Assembly: GCA_942491945.1 (NCBI GenBank)
Contig: CALODD010000067.1
Coordinates: 4,518 to 68,517, forward strand
Length of the DNA: 64,000 nt
Reading direction: 5' to 3'
DNA from: an uncultured Gammaproteobacteria bacterium
GTDB taxonomy: Bacteria > Pseudomonadota > Gammaproteobacteria > JAJDYQ01
Of the stretch, positions 1 to 11,645 are shown one piece after another. The notes beneath the pieces are model-generated. The model saw nothing but the letters and a program-made list of their open reading frames with translations. It was not told the origin of the DNA and did not search any database. The number at the start of each line of letters is the position of its first letter. The first letter of the stretch is position 1. Made by a program: the position numbers and the translations under genes.

Positions 1-103
1 AATGGATGGCTCCCCGATTACCGAGCGCCAATGCCCGGCGTTCCCCGTCTGCCAGATAATCGGCCATGGCATCGGCATGTTGATGCGCTGTCACACTTGC
101 CAT
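1..103 (-). CDS. N-terminal fragment of a probable phytanoyl-CoA dioxygenase (PhyH)-family protein, runs off the window edge
   Basis: Hand translation from ATG at 103 (GGAGG Shine-Dalgarno upstream) gives MASVTAHQHADAMADYLADGERRALALGNRGAIH. The ERRALALGNRG segment recalls the N-terminus of proteobacterial PhyH-family proteins (from memory). Not in the ORF track. Confidence 0.5.
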   Translation of the reverse strand, partial: MASVTAHQHADAMADYLADGERRALALGNRGAIH

Positions 104-191
104 TTTTTCTCCCTCCGACTGATCGAACGCGGATATCCCGCCAACACTACACGGCTTCAAATTCCGGGACAACTCCTGTTCCGTCTTACAC

Positions 192-230
192 GCACATCAG
201 CCATGCGCATCAGCCATCCACATCAGAGAT
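192..230. repeat. Three tandem imperfect 13-bp direct repeats in a divergent intergenic region
   Basis: GCACATCAGCCAT / GCGCATCAGCCAT / CCACATCAGAGAT, with the CATCAG core at 195, 208 and 221. Confidence 0.6.
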
Positions 231-341
231 TCCCCAAGTTGCATTTGACGCCCTGATTGGTTCATTGTCTGATTAAAGCCAACTATCTATGGCTAGCTAT
301 CCAGGGCCATCAACAAAAACCATAAAAACGGAGTATCAGGT

Positions 342-1193
342 ATGAAACTGGAAGGAAGAGTCGCCATTGTCAGCGCTGCGGGCCGCGGCATCGGAAAAGG
401 GATTGCACTGGGGCTGGCGGCAGAAGGCGCAACAGTTGTGGTTAACTCTTACAGTGCAGATACCACCGCGGCAACCGTCGCCGCAATTGAGGCTGCCGGA
501 GGTAAGGCTGTTTGTATGCCAGGCGATATCACGCAACCAGACATGATCCTAAAGACCGTTGCTGAAACCCTCGAGAAATTTGGCCAGATCGATATTCTGG
601 TTAACAACGTGGGGGCCGGATCAAAATCAAACGAGGCGGTGCCCGAGGGACCTCTCGGTCCTGTTGCCGCAACCTGGAACATGCTCTACAAACAAAACCT
701 GCTACCAACGGTGCTGATGACCGAGGCAGTTGTGCCCCACATGAAAGAGCGTACGTCCGGCAAAATTGTGCATATCTCTTCGATTGCCGGTCGAACGCCC
801 ATGTCGGATCGAATGCTGAAGTTTTTTGTGCCACCTGGCTACGGCGCCATGAAGGCCGCCCTGATCAGTTACACCCAGACCATGGCGGAGTTACTCGGCC
901 CGCACAATATCAATGTCAATTCGGTGTGCCCGGGCATTGTTTATACCGATGCCTGGAAAGGGAACGCAGAACGGGCGGTTAATTCACTGCCGGAGTTTAA
1001 AGGGCGGGAAGCGCGCGAATGGTTCGAGGGTATCGCCCGGGGTGACTATCCTCACATTTTTGACAGAACCCCCATGCGCCGCGAGCAAACAGTAGAAGAT
1101 ATCGCCAATGCGGTTGTTTTCCTTTGCGCTGAAGATTCCATGAACATCACCGGTCAGTCTCTGATGGTTGACGGCGGTATGGTTAAAATCTAA
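342..1193 (+). CDS. Short-chain dehydrogenase/reductase (SDR)
   Basis: VAIVSAAGRGIG nucleotide-binding motif, DILVNNVG, catalytic YGAMK (YxxxK), C-terminal ITGQSLMVDGG; GGAG SD upstream. Confidence 0.92.
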   Translation: MKLEGRVAIVSAAGRGIGKGIALGLAAEGATVVVNSYSADTTAATVAAIEAAGGKAVCMPGDITQPDMILKTVAETLEKFGQIDILVNNVGAGSKSNEAVPEGPLGPVAATWNMLYKQNLLPTVLMTEAVVPHMKERTSGKIVHISSIAGRTPMSDRMLKFFVPPGYGAMKAALISYTQTMAELLGPHNINVNSVCPGIVYTDAWKGNAERAVNSLPEFKGREAREWFEGIARGDYPHIFDRTPMRREQTVEDIANAVVFLCAEDSMNITGQSLMVDGGMVKI

Positions 1194-1353
1194 CCGAAGG
1201 CCCGTGGAAGATGCAGCAATGTCGTGGCTGGAACTTATCTGCCAATAAGGCTACCCTGCTGGGCTGCTCTATTAGAAGCACGCTATTTAAAGTACGCTAT
1301 TTACCAAGAACTACTTACCAAAAGCTATTTATCCAAAGTAGGAGAATACCAGC

Positions 1354-2532
1354 ATGACCTATGCACCCGATCATCGTCCGTTTTACGATGCCGACAGCCA
1401 TATCATGGAGTTGCCGAATTTCCTGAAGGCGTACGCAGACCCAAAAATTAGAGACGAAATCCCGGAGGTCAGCTATAGCGCGTCACTGGTGACCGATGAG
1501 GAAGTGGCTATCATCATGGAGCAGGGCGGCCGGCACTCCGACGAGCATATCGCGGCACAGATCGCGCTTGGCGATAAACTGATTGAAAGCTCGAAGGAAA
1601 TTCAGGCGCTTGGCGCATTTGCCAAGTCTGACAGAACAACTGCGATGGACCTGCTTGGGTTCAAAAAACAGCTTGTCTTTGCAACACACAGCGTCGCATT
1701 TCCATTCCATCCCAGCCAGAAAAAGCCGCTCAACTTACGCTATGGCGCAACCCGAGCGCACAATCGTCACATGATTGATTTCTGCGCTGATGACAATCGT
1801 CTTATGGGCGTCGGCATCGTGCCGCTGGATGATCCGGCATCAGCAATCGAAGAACTCGAATTTGCACTCAAATCCGGCTTACAAGCCATCTGGGTACCAC
1901 ATCGCTCAGCGGGTGAACGCTCTCCCGGTCACATAGACCTCGAAAACTTCTGGGCAATGCTCGCCGAATCAGGCACACCCTTTGTGCTGCATGTTGGCGG
2001 TGCACCACTGCAGGCATTAAAGGCCTGGAGCAATAATGGGCGTGCGGCGGTACGCGACTGGATGGGTGGCGGTGAAAACGTCAGGACAAAAGACGCGTCC
2101 GTGATGCACCAGCCACCGGAGACTTTTATCTCGATGCTGTTACTCGATGGTGTGCTTAATCGTCATCCAACCCTGCGCGGCGCGGCGGTTGAACTTGGCG
2201 CAGGTTGGGTACCTGAAATGGTTCGACGTCTCGACTGGGTAAGTAAAATCTACGGCAAGGTTGATGAGTCAGTCAGATTTGAACGTACGCCGTCGCAGCA
2301 ACTGACCGAACAAATGGGCTTTACGCCGTTCCCCCACGAAGACGTGGCCAATCTGATCGATCAGTCGAATCCTGACCTGTATCTGTTTTCGTCAGACTAT
2401 CCACACGTGGAGGGTGGACGTAATCCAATTGGCAAGTTCGAGAAGTCTCTGGATGGTCGGGAAGAGCTGGAGAAAGACAAATTTTATAGTGAAAACTTTT
2501 TACGCCTCTGGCCGGAGGCAGGTGTTGCCTGA
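1354..2532 (+). CDS. Amidohydrolase family protein (Amidohydro_2 type)
   Basis: N-terminal DADSH metal motif, FVLHVG, AVELGAGW, C-terminal FSSDYPH; AGGAG SD. Confidence 0.87.
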   Translation: MTYAPDHRPFYDADSHIMELPNFLKAYADPKIRDEIPEVSYSASLVTDEEVAIIMEQGGRHSDEHIAAQIALGDKLIESSKEIQALGAFAKSDRTTAMDLLGFKKQLVFATHSVAFPFHPSQKKPLNLRYGATRAHNRHMIDFCADDNRLMGVGIVPLDDPASAIEELEFALKSGLQAIWVPHRSAGERSPGHIDLENFWAMLAESGTPFVLHVGGAPLQALKAWSNNGRAAVRDWMGGGENVRTKDASVMHQPPETFISMLLLDGVLNRHPTLRGAAVELGAGWVPEMVRRLDWVSKIYGKVDESVRFERTPSQQLTEQMGFTPFPHEDVANLIDQSNPDLYLFSSDYPHVEGGRNPIGKFEKSLDGREELEKDKFYSENFLRLWPEAGVA

Positions 2533-3022
2533 TTTAGATAAAGAGCTAAAAAAAGAGCTCGAAATACCCAACTTTGGCAAGCTCCTGGCACCGCATCTCG
2601 GCGCGGTGCCAATGGAAGCCTATCCTTATCTGCTATCCGAACTGGAACGTACTGCTGCCGAACGATATCGCGGATGGGCTCAGGCTGTGCCCGAACATGC
2701 AAGAGGCATACTCGCCTGCGCTGAGCGTGAAGACGAAATTGCCGATATCGCTGCAGCGCTGGTCCCCGTTTCAGATGAGCACCGCACATTGGTGGCTGGT
2801 ATCATGCCGGCAGCGAAAAAAACGTATTACAGCGCGTTCGAGGGACTCACAGCAATCGAGCAGATGACCATTCAGGCGAACGCGGAAAGGCAGGGAGCCG
2901 GTGCCTGGCAAGGCCTGAAAGCAGCCTACCCCAAACATGTGGACACACTGGATAAACTGTCGGCGATTGAACTGCGAAGCGCAGACTACCTCGACGAATT
3001 GCTGGCAACGATCAAGCCTTAA
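2525..3022 (+). CDS. Hypothetical all-helical protein (possibly a ferritin-like bundle)
   Basis: ORF 2414-3022. The likely start is TTG at 2525 (GGAGG upstream), overlapping the amidohydrolase stop. Paired Glu-rich helices: ERTAAERY, EREDEIA, NAERQGA, ELRSADYL. Confidence 0.62.
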   Translation: MPDLDKELKKELEIPNFGKLLAPHLGAVPMEAYPYLLSELERTAAERYRGWAQAVPEHARGILACAEREDEIADIAAALVPVSDEHRTLVAGIMPAAKKTYYSAFEGLTAIEQMTIQANAERQGAGAWQGLKAAYPKHVDTLDKLSAIELRSADYLDELLATIKP

Positions 3023-3029
3023 CAGCCTG

Positions 3030-3869
3030 TTAGCCGCCAAACCCTGAAAAGAGGGAATTGTCCCGGGTCATTGCCTCAATCCGTTTGCGTAGCACCTCTT
3101 TCCACTCGGGATGGGTGAGTATCCAGAATTCGTTGCCAATGATTCCGCGCATCACCAGATCAGCAACTTCTGCAGGGTCCATTCCCCTGGCCAGCAACTG
3201 ACCCGCGTTTTCCTCAAACCGCTTCTCTGCCTCGGAAGACTGATGGTCACTGGCTGAAGCGGCTTCCCGGTTGCGTTTGCTTTCAACAATCCGGGTATTA
3301 ATTGCACCGGGGCAAAGCACTGAAGCAGACACTGCGGATTTCGCCGCAGCCAGTTCCATGCGAAGCGTTTCCGTGATCGCCACAACACCAAATTTGCTCA
3401 CGTTATAGGGCCCAATTGTTGGTGAAGCCTGCAGGCCTGCGGTTGACGCAGTGTTGACGATATGGCCTTCTCCTGCCTGTTTAATCAACGGCAGAAAGGC
3501 TTTGATGCCATAAATCACACTCCACAGGTCCACACCCAGCACCCATTCCCAGTCAGCAATCGTAAGCTCCTCCAGCGGACCTGATACCACCACACCCGCG
3601 TTATTGTGCACAATATTGACGCTACCGAACGCATCCATCGTCGCCGCTGCCAATGCCTGAACCTGATCCCATTTTGAGACATCGGTCTGCACACCAATCA
3701 CTTCATGACCCTGCGCCTGCAGTGACGCGACAACCTCATTCAGTGTCGTAGTCTCGATATCCGAAAGTACAACTTTCATCTTTTCCTGCGCAAACCGGGT
3801 CGCAACTGCCTTGCCTATACCACTTGCAGCACCAGTTACTACAGCAACCTTTCCAGCAAAATCCTTCAT
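3030..3869 (-). CDS. Short-chain dehydrogenase/reductase (SDR)
   Basis: Start MKDFAGKVAVVTGAASGIG at 3869 (AGGAG SD), HNNAGV, GHIVNTAS, YNVSK catalytic motif. Confidence 0.92.
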   Translation of the reverse strand: MKDFAGKVAVVTGAASGIGKAVATRFAQEKMKVVLSDIETTTLNEVVASLQAQGHEVIGVQTDVSKWDQVQALAAATMDAFGSVNIVHNNAGVVVSGPLEELTIADWEWVLGVDLWSVIYGIKAFLPLIKQAGEGHIVNTASTAGLQASPTIGPYNVSKFGVVAITETLRMELAAAKSAVSASVLCPGAINTRIVESKRNREAASASDHQSSEAEKRFEENAGQLLARGMDPAEVADLVMRGIIGNEFWILTHPEWKEVLRKRIEAMTRDNSLFSGFGG

Positions 3870-4007
3870 CAAATGCTCCTTTGTTTTTTTGCTCACAGAA
3901 TCAAGCGGCATCAACCATGCACTGAAGTCCTCATGTAGTAAAGAGTGTAGTAAAGGTTGGAGTGAAGCGTTCAGTAAAACCAATTGCGTAATGGCACAGT
4001 AAAATCA

Positions 4008-4733
4008 TCAGCTCACAGCAGCGCGGGCGAAACGCAGTTTCCAGAAGGCTGTAATACGCAAACCTAGCGCAAGGCTGACAAGAATGAGCAAAACAACATA
4101 GTGCTCTGGTGACTCATAGGTCGGGGAATCGATTGACACACCCTGGCCTGGGCTGTTTATCCGACCCAGGTAGGTGACAAAGTAACCCGTAAACAACGCG
4201 TAAATACCCAGCTTGTGCAGCACTTTCCATGCACCTTTCAGGTGTCTCACAGCATAATTGTTTGAGGTCAGCACCATCAGAAACATCAACAGGTAAATGG
4301 TTCCGGCCGGAATGTTTTCAGCTACAAATAACGGCTGATTGATCTCACGCATATAAACAACAATCGCCAACAGGTGAATGGTATGTGCCAGGGCAAAGGC
4401 CAACCCCCATTGTCTGCGCGAGCGTACAAGTTGACTGGTCACACGCGTCGGCCACCAGATCTGCAGAGACTTTGCCATAAAAACCGGTAGAAACAGCACA
4501 AAGGATAATCGTGCCGTATATCGTGTGAACAGCAAGGTGCCTGTTTCTGTCCAACCATGAAGCTGATATAACCAGAAGGCCAAAGCTGCACCCACAAGAA
4601 GTATCCCAGGGAAAAGCAACAGAGTGAATCTGGCGGCTGGTATGAGGGAACGGTTTTGTATAGTCTGTGATGTCAAACGTTTTACCTGAGAGTTGTTCCT
4701 GAGCGGTGTACAAGAGCGGTGTATCTGGTCCAT
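4008..4733 (-). CDS. Ferric reductase-like / MsrQ-like heme-binding membrane protein (start uncertain)
   Basis: About six hydrophobic helices, RRQWGLAFALAHTIH, VLTSNN, WKVLHKLGIY with conserved His ligands; no msrP adjacent. Confidence 0.72.
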   Translation of the reverse strand: MDQIHRSCTPLRNNSQVKRLTSQTIQNRSLIPAARFTLLLFPGILLVGAALAFWLYQLHGWTETGTLLFTRYTARLSFVLFLPVFMAKSLQIWWPTRVTSQLVRSRRQWGLAFALAHTIHLLAIVVYMREINQPLFVAENIPAGTIYLLMFLMVLTSNNYAVRHLKGAWKVLHKLGIYALFTGYFVTYLGRINSPGQGVSIDSPTYESPEHYVVLLILVSLALGLRITAFWKLRFARAAVS

Positions 4734-4887
4734 AGTCTCGCTAAAAAACATCCGGATTAAAAGAGACTTACCTGATCCCAAAACCGGAACCTCTGGCAGG
4801 GGTATAGCCTCCGCACAGTGCGAAAACATTTTTTTGAGAATTTGTCGTAATTTGGCGATTGATTTTCCTCAAGAGTGAATCAAACCG

Positions 4888-5483
4888 ATGTCGCACTGGA
4901 TCTCAAAGCAAATGAAAACCCTCAAAGAAAACTGGCTTCCGACAATGTTAGCGACACTTGTGCTGTGTGCAGTGCTTGTCTATCAGCTTCTCTCGGTGTC
5001 TGTGCATGCTGACTGGCAGGTCGCCACTGCCTACAGCGAACTTGAAAGCGTGTCCGGTATCGCAGTCATGGGCGATACGGTTTATGCCACCCTTGAGCGC
5101 CGCCATGGTGACGGCGAAATTGTGTCCCTGAAAGGCGCCGACCGTGAAGTCCTGGTTGGCGGCCTGTCAAAACCCGATGGCCTGGCTGTATTCGGCAGCA
5201 ACCTCATTTACACACAGGAATCGGGCATGTTTCCCGTGTTCCTCCTCGCCGACGGTGTTTCATCCCCGCTTTTTTATGCTAACGGCGCCGAGGGTATTAT
5301 GGTCACGGCAGCCGGAGAGATTTTTGTGGTTGAAGACCGGCCAGATGGGAATCTTTTAAAACACGATCACGGAACAGGTGAAACCAGCGTCGTGACGGCC
5401 AATCTTGAAGAAGCGGAAGGTGTCTGTGCGATGCAATCCGGCGAGGTCTACTACACAGAAAAATATCACGGCGCCATTTATCG
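4888..5483 (+). CDS. Exported beta-propeller protein (SMP-30/NHL-like blades), truncated at a probable chimeric junction
   Basis: Hydrophobic N-terminal segment followed by repeated blade motifs (VSGIAVMGDTVYAT, KPDGLAVFGSNLIYT, GAEGIMVTAAGEIFVVED, EAEGVCAMQSGEVYYTE). The sequence switches abruptly to a kinase ATPase domain. Confidence 0.6.
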
Positions 5484-5916
5484 ACCGCTCATCCTGCCCC
5501 AGGCTGAGAAAAACAACATTACACTCGATATCGACCTTCCGGGCTGTAAAACCATCGTTGAAGCAGACCGCATGCGACTCAAGCAATGTTTTCTCAATTT
5601 CATGACCAATGCCGTGAAATACAACAAACCTGGGGGCTCGGTCACTATCCGCTGTGAGAAAAAAAGCGAGTATCTGCGTATTAATTTTACCGATACCGGT
5701 TTTGGTATCAGTGCAGAAAAGCAACGCAATCTGTTCACCCCATTTGATCGACTAGGACGAGAATCGGGACAAATCGAGGGCAGCGGTATCGGCCTGGTTA
5801 TTACCAAACAGTTGATTGAGATGATGCATGGGAACCTCGGGATTATCTCTACGCCTGACGTCGGTAGTACCTTCTGGGTTGAACTTCGGTCTACTGGTGT
5901 CGAAGCGCACGGTTAA
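5484..5916 (+). CDS. C-terminal HATPase_c fragment of a sensor histidine kinase (HisKA part missing)
   Basis: ADRMRLKQCFLNFMTNAVKYN (N box), DTGFGI (G1), FTPFDRL (F), GSGIGL (G2), GSTFW; no His-phosphoacceptor box upstream in this ORF. Confidence 0.78.
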
Positions 5917-5972
5917 CAATTATTCACATCACGCATTACTCCAGGCCCCGGGTTTAAAGTAATCTTCATTAC

Positions 5973-7671
5973 GTGAAAACATCAGACAAACACTTACGAC
6001 AGCTGGTAGAAAAGGAAAAACTTCACCTCCTTTACAAAAGCCTGTCGTTCTCAATCCCCGGCAGCATGCTGGTCGCAGTGCTCATCCTGTTTGTCTACTG
6101 GTACAAAGATATCGAAGTTCCTCTGGCAACAACCTGGTTTGTCGTTATCGTCTCCATCATGTGCCTGCGTCTGATCGATTCATGGCAATACCGCAAATCA
6201 GAAAAGAAAATTGTTTCCTACTGGAGTCGACGTTTTTTCGTTGGCGCTATGCTGGGTGGGTTGGCTTGGGGGTTGAGTTGCTGGATGGCCTTTCCCGATC
6301 AGCATGAAATTTACCAGTCCGGTTTTATATTTGGCATGGTCGCTGTTGTATCGGGTGCCATGTCTTCTCTGGCGTTTGATCGAAAAGTTTATATCACGTT
6401 TATCTCTCTCATCTTGCTCTTACTTGTTACAAAGCTTTTATATCTGGATACCGAATTAGGTTACCTGTTAGCTATGGGTGTGTTCGTCTACTGGATTTAT
6501 ATCATGCAGGGTTCAAAAATTATCGATCAGTCAACCACAGACAGCATCATGTTACGCCTGGAAGCAATTGAACGTGAGAATGACCTCGATAATATTCAGC
6601 AGAAACAAACCTTCCATGTAGAGCACACACGGCTTGCCGTCATAGAATGGGACGCTTTCACCCGCATTACCGAATGGAACCCTGCAGCAGAATCTATATT
6701 TGGCCTTGATAAAAAACAAAGCCTGGGACAAACCATTACTGAGGTCATTCAGGCCGCTGACGATAGTCATGATCAAAAAGAATTATGGGAAACAATCAAA
6801 CAGAGTCAGAGCGCGACGACGATTGAATATGCGATCAAAGCAAGTGACGGCCACGTGCGGAACTTAATCTGGCACATCACTCCTATATTAAGCGATGATG
6901 GCTGGGTTACCGGCGGCGCATCGATGGCACTGGATGTTACCGAACAAAACGAAGCTCGCGCCCAATTGATTGCCGCTAAGGATGAAGCGGAAAAAGCCAA
7001 TCTGGCTAAATCAAAATTTTTATCCAGCATGAGCCATGAGCTACGTACACCCCTGAACGCCGTTATTGGTTTTTCTCAACTGATGATGCTGGAAGATGAT
7101 GAAGAACAGGTAGAAAACTCGCGTCATATTCATCAGGCCGGACAGCACCTGCTGACCTTAATCAATGGTCTACTTGATCTGGAAAAAATCGAGGCCGGTA
7201 AACTTGCCCTTAATATCACTGAAGTCGACGTCAAAGAAATTATTCAGGAAAGCCTGCTGTTCATTCAGCAAATGGCCGATGACCGTAATATCAGCCTGAC
7301 CTCAGAGATCAATTACTGTGATGTACATGTTCATGCCGACGCCATGCGTCTGAAACAATGTCTGCTGAATCTATTAAGCAACGCCGTGAAATATAATCAT
7401 GACGAAGGACAGGTTACGCTTAGTTGTAGCCTGGTGAATAATGACTCACACCTACGTATTAGTATTGAAGATGATGGCTCAGGTATTAGTGAAGAGGCTC
7501 AACAACGTCTGTTTACGCCATTTGATCGACTCGGCAAAGAAGGGGGCCATGTTGAAGGTAATGGTATCGGTCTGGTAATTTCGCGTGAACTTATATTGAT
7601 GATGGGTGGCGAAATCGGGATGCAGTCGGCAGAAGGTAAGGGAAGCACTTTCTGGATAGAGTTACCTATTC

Positions 7672-7679
<8 letters not shown>
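5973..7679 (+). CDS. Membrane sensor histidine kinase (multi-TM, PAS, HisKA, HATPase_c)
   Basis: About five TM segments, PAS-like ITEWNPAAESIFG, FLSSMSHELRTPLN H-box, N/G1/F/G2 boxes; no receiver domain. Confidence 0.92.
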
Positions 7680-9560
<1,881 letters not shown>

Positions 9561-9606
9561 TTAACTCGTTATCGTTCTATTCTATATCTTGTATGTGACA
9601 AAATAA

Positions 9607-10158
9607 CTATCGGAGTCGTTCATTTGTCACCGCATGCCAGATCTCACTCGGCTGCGCATTCCCATCCGTAGGTCCATCGACAACCATATCAACCTCACTA
9701 CCTAAGCACTGTTCGACTTCCTCAGCCGTTCGAGCCGCAGGCTCACCATGTTTATTCGCACTGGTTGAAACTAAAGCTAGATTACCGGCATCACAAAGCT
9801 GCCGTGTTATCTCATGTGCTGTAATACGTACCGCTATCGTTTCATGCTCACCGCGTAAGCAGTACGGACAATCTTCTGCAGCGGGTAATAGCCAGGTCAC
9901 GGGGCCAGGCCAACGTGACATAACTTTTTCATAGGTCATATCGTCAAGTGGTTTTATAAAGTCTGTAACCTGATCGAAACGACTGGCAATTAATATTACG
10001 CCCTGACTGGCTTCGCGTTGTTTGATACCCAACAAGCGCATAACAGCGCTTTCATTCGCTGGGTCACAGCCTAGCCCATAAACTGCTTCGGTAGGGTAGG
10101 CAATGACTCCTCCCGATTGAATAATCTCGACCGCTTGCTGCAATAACGATGTTTCCAT
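9607..10158 (-). CDS. tsaC: L-threonylcarbamoyladenylate synthase (YrdC/Sua5 short form)
   Basis: GGVIAYPTEAVYGLGCDP, KQR...GVILI, WPGPVTWLLP, IAVR, STSAN. Confidence 0.93.
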   Translation of the reverse strand: METSLLQQAVEIIQSGGVIAYPTEAVYGLGCDPANESAVMRLLGIKQREASQGVILIASRFDQVTDFIKPLDDMTYEKVMSRWPGPVTWLLPAAEDCPYCLRGEHETIAVRITAHEITRQLCDAGNLALVSTSANKHGEPAARTAEEVEQCLGSEVDMVVDGPTDGNAQPSEIWHAVTNERLR

Positions 10159-10160
10159 TG

Positions 10161-11483
10161 CTACTCGGTTAAAGATGCATAGAGATCATATTCATCGGCA
10201 TCGTTTATCTTTACTTCAACAAAATCACCGGCCTGTAAATCCAGTTCGGTATCAATAAAGACCATGCCATCAATCTCCGGCGCATCTGCTGAAGAACGCG
10301 CAATGATCTGACCGGTCTCTTCGTCTTCGCCATCAACTAGTACCATCATGGTGCGGCCAATCTTTTTCTGTAGTCGTTCTTCACTAATACGTGCGGATAA
10401 GCGCATGAAATGATCGTAACGTTCCTGCTTAATATCGTCATCAACCTGACCCGGTAATTCATTCGCCTTCGCGCCTTCTACCGGGGAGTACTGAAAGCAG
10501 CCCACGCGATCCAGCTGCGCTTCTTCAAGAAAATCCATCAACTGCTCAAAGTCGTCATCGGTCTCGCCCGGGAAACCCACAATAAAGGTACTGCGTAAGG
10601 TCAGGTCCGGACAGATTTCGCGCCACTGCTTCACCCGATGCAGCACTTTTTCACTCGCCGCTGGACGCTTCATATTCTTCAGGATTTTTGGACTGGCATG
10701 CTGAAAAGGAATATCCAGATACGGCAACACTTTGCCTTCCGCCATTAAGGGAATCACTTCGTCGACATGTGGATAAGGGTAGACGTAATGCAGGCGAGTC
10801 CAGGCATCGAGTTCACCCAGGGCTTCGGCGAGCTGAGTAAAACGTGTCTTCAATGGGCGACCATTCCAGATATCTGAACGATATTTCAGATCGACGCCAT
10901 AGGCGCTAGTGTCCTGCGAGATCACTAATAATTCACGAACTCCAGATTCGACCAGCTTCACCGCTTCATCCATCACTTCGCCAATCGGTCGGCTCACCAG
11001 ATCACCGCGCATCGATGGAATGATGCAAAAGCTGCATCGATGATTACAACCTTCGGAAATTTTTAAGTACGCATAATGTCGTGGCGTCAGCTTGATACCC
11101 TGCGGTGGCACCAGATCCATATATGGATCATGCTCCGGCGGAAGATGCTCATGCACCGCCTGCATCACCTCTTCATAGGCGTGCGGCCCACTGACCGCCA
11201 GTACATCGGGGTGAACATTGGTAATGTCTTCGGCATTGGCGCCCATACAGCCCGTGACAATCACTTTGCCGTTTTCGTTCAAGGCTTCGCCAATCGTTTC
11301 CAGCGACTCTGCCTTGGCATCATCAATAAACCCACAGGTATTCACGACTACCAGGTCGGCACCCACGTAATCCGCCGACAGGCCATAACCTTCAGCGCGT
11401 AACTGGGTCAGGATTTGTTCAGAGTCCACCAATGCCTTGGGGCATCCGAGACTGATAAATCCAACGGTAGGGGTCTTGTCCAT
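10161..11483 (-). CDS. rimO: Ribosomal protein uS12 methylthiotransferase
   Basis: [14 protein letters not shown], radical SAM motif [18 protein letters not shown]-terminal TRAM domain with ADAPEIDG. Confidence 0.97.
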   Translation of the reverse strand: MDKTPTVGFISLGCPKALVDSEQILTQLRAEGYGLSADYVGADLVVVNTCGFIDDAKAESLETIGEALNENGKVIVTGCMGANAEDITNVHPDVLAVSGPHAYEEVMQAVHEHLPPEHDPYMDLVPPQGIKLTPRHYAYLKISEGCNHRCSFCIIPSMRGDLVSRPIGEVMDEAVKLVESGVRELLVISQDTSAYGVDLKYRSDIWNGRPLKTRFTQLAEALGELDAWTRLHYVYPYPHVDEVIPLMAEGKVLPYLDIPFQHASPKILKNMKRPAASEKVLHRVKQWREICPDLTLRSTFIVGFPGETDDDFEQLMDFLEEAQLDRVGCFQYSPVEGAKANELPGQVDDDIKQERYDHFMRLSARISEERLQKKIGRTMMVLVDGEDEETGQIIARSSADAPEIDGMVFIDTELDLQAGDFVEVKINDADEYDLYASLTE

Positions 11484-11645
11484 GAAAATGCTTTAGCGAA
11501 TTACATTGAAGGCGCGAAGTTTAACCGAAGTACGGTAAATCTGCGGTTTTTATCCCTTTTGGGACGGGTTTTTAACGATATTTTCAGATATCCATTGGTT
11601 ATACTTCATGTTCCTGATTCAGGGACTGAAAAAGGCACACGATTC

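Noticed and set aside
2-276. Plus-strand ORFs 2-256 and 31-276
   Set aside because: No motifs; they overlap a better-supported minus-strand gene start (SD plus recognisable N-terminus) and a probable promoter region.
4701-4723. Direct repeat GAGCGGTGTA twice, 13 bp apart
   Set aside because: Only two copies, and it lies within the uncertain 5' end of an ORF; too little evidence for a function.
4888-5916. A single 342-aa novel propeller-kinase protein, as in the ORF track
   Set aside because: Both halves are incomplete and topologically incompatible; treated as a probable chimera.
11415-11645. N-terminal extension of HemH in the ORF track
   Set aside because: It overlaps the rimO start and the shared divergent promoter region; ferrochelatase homology begins after ATG 11646.
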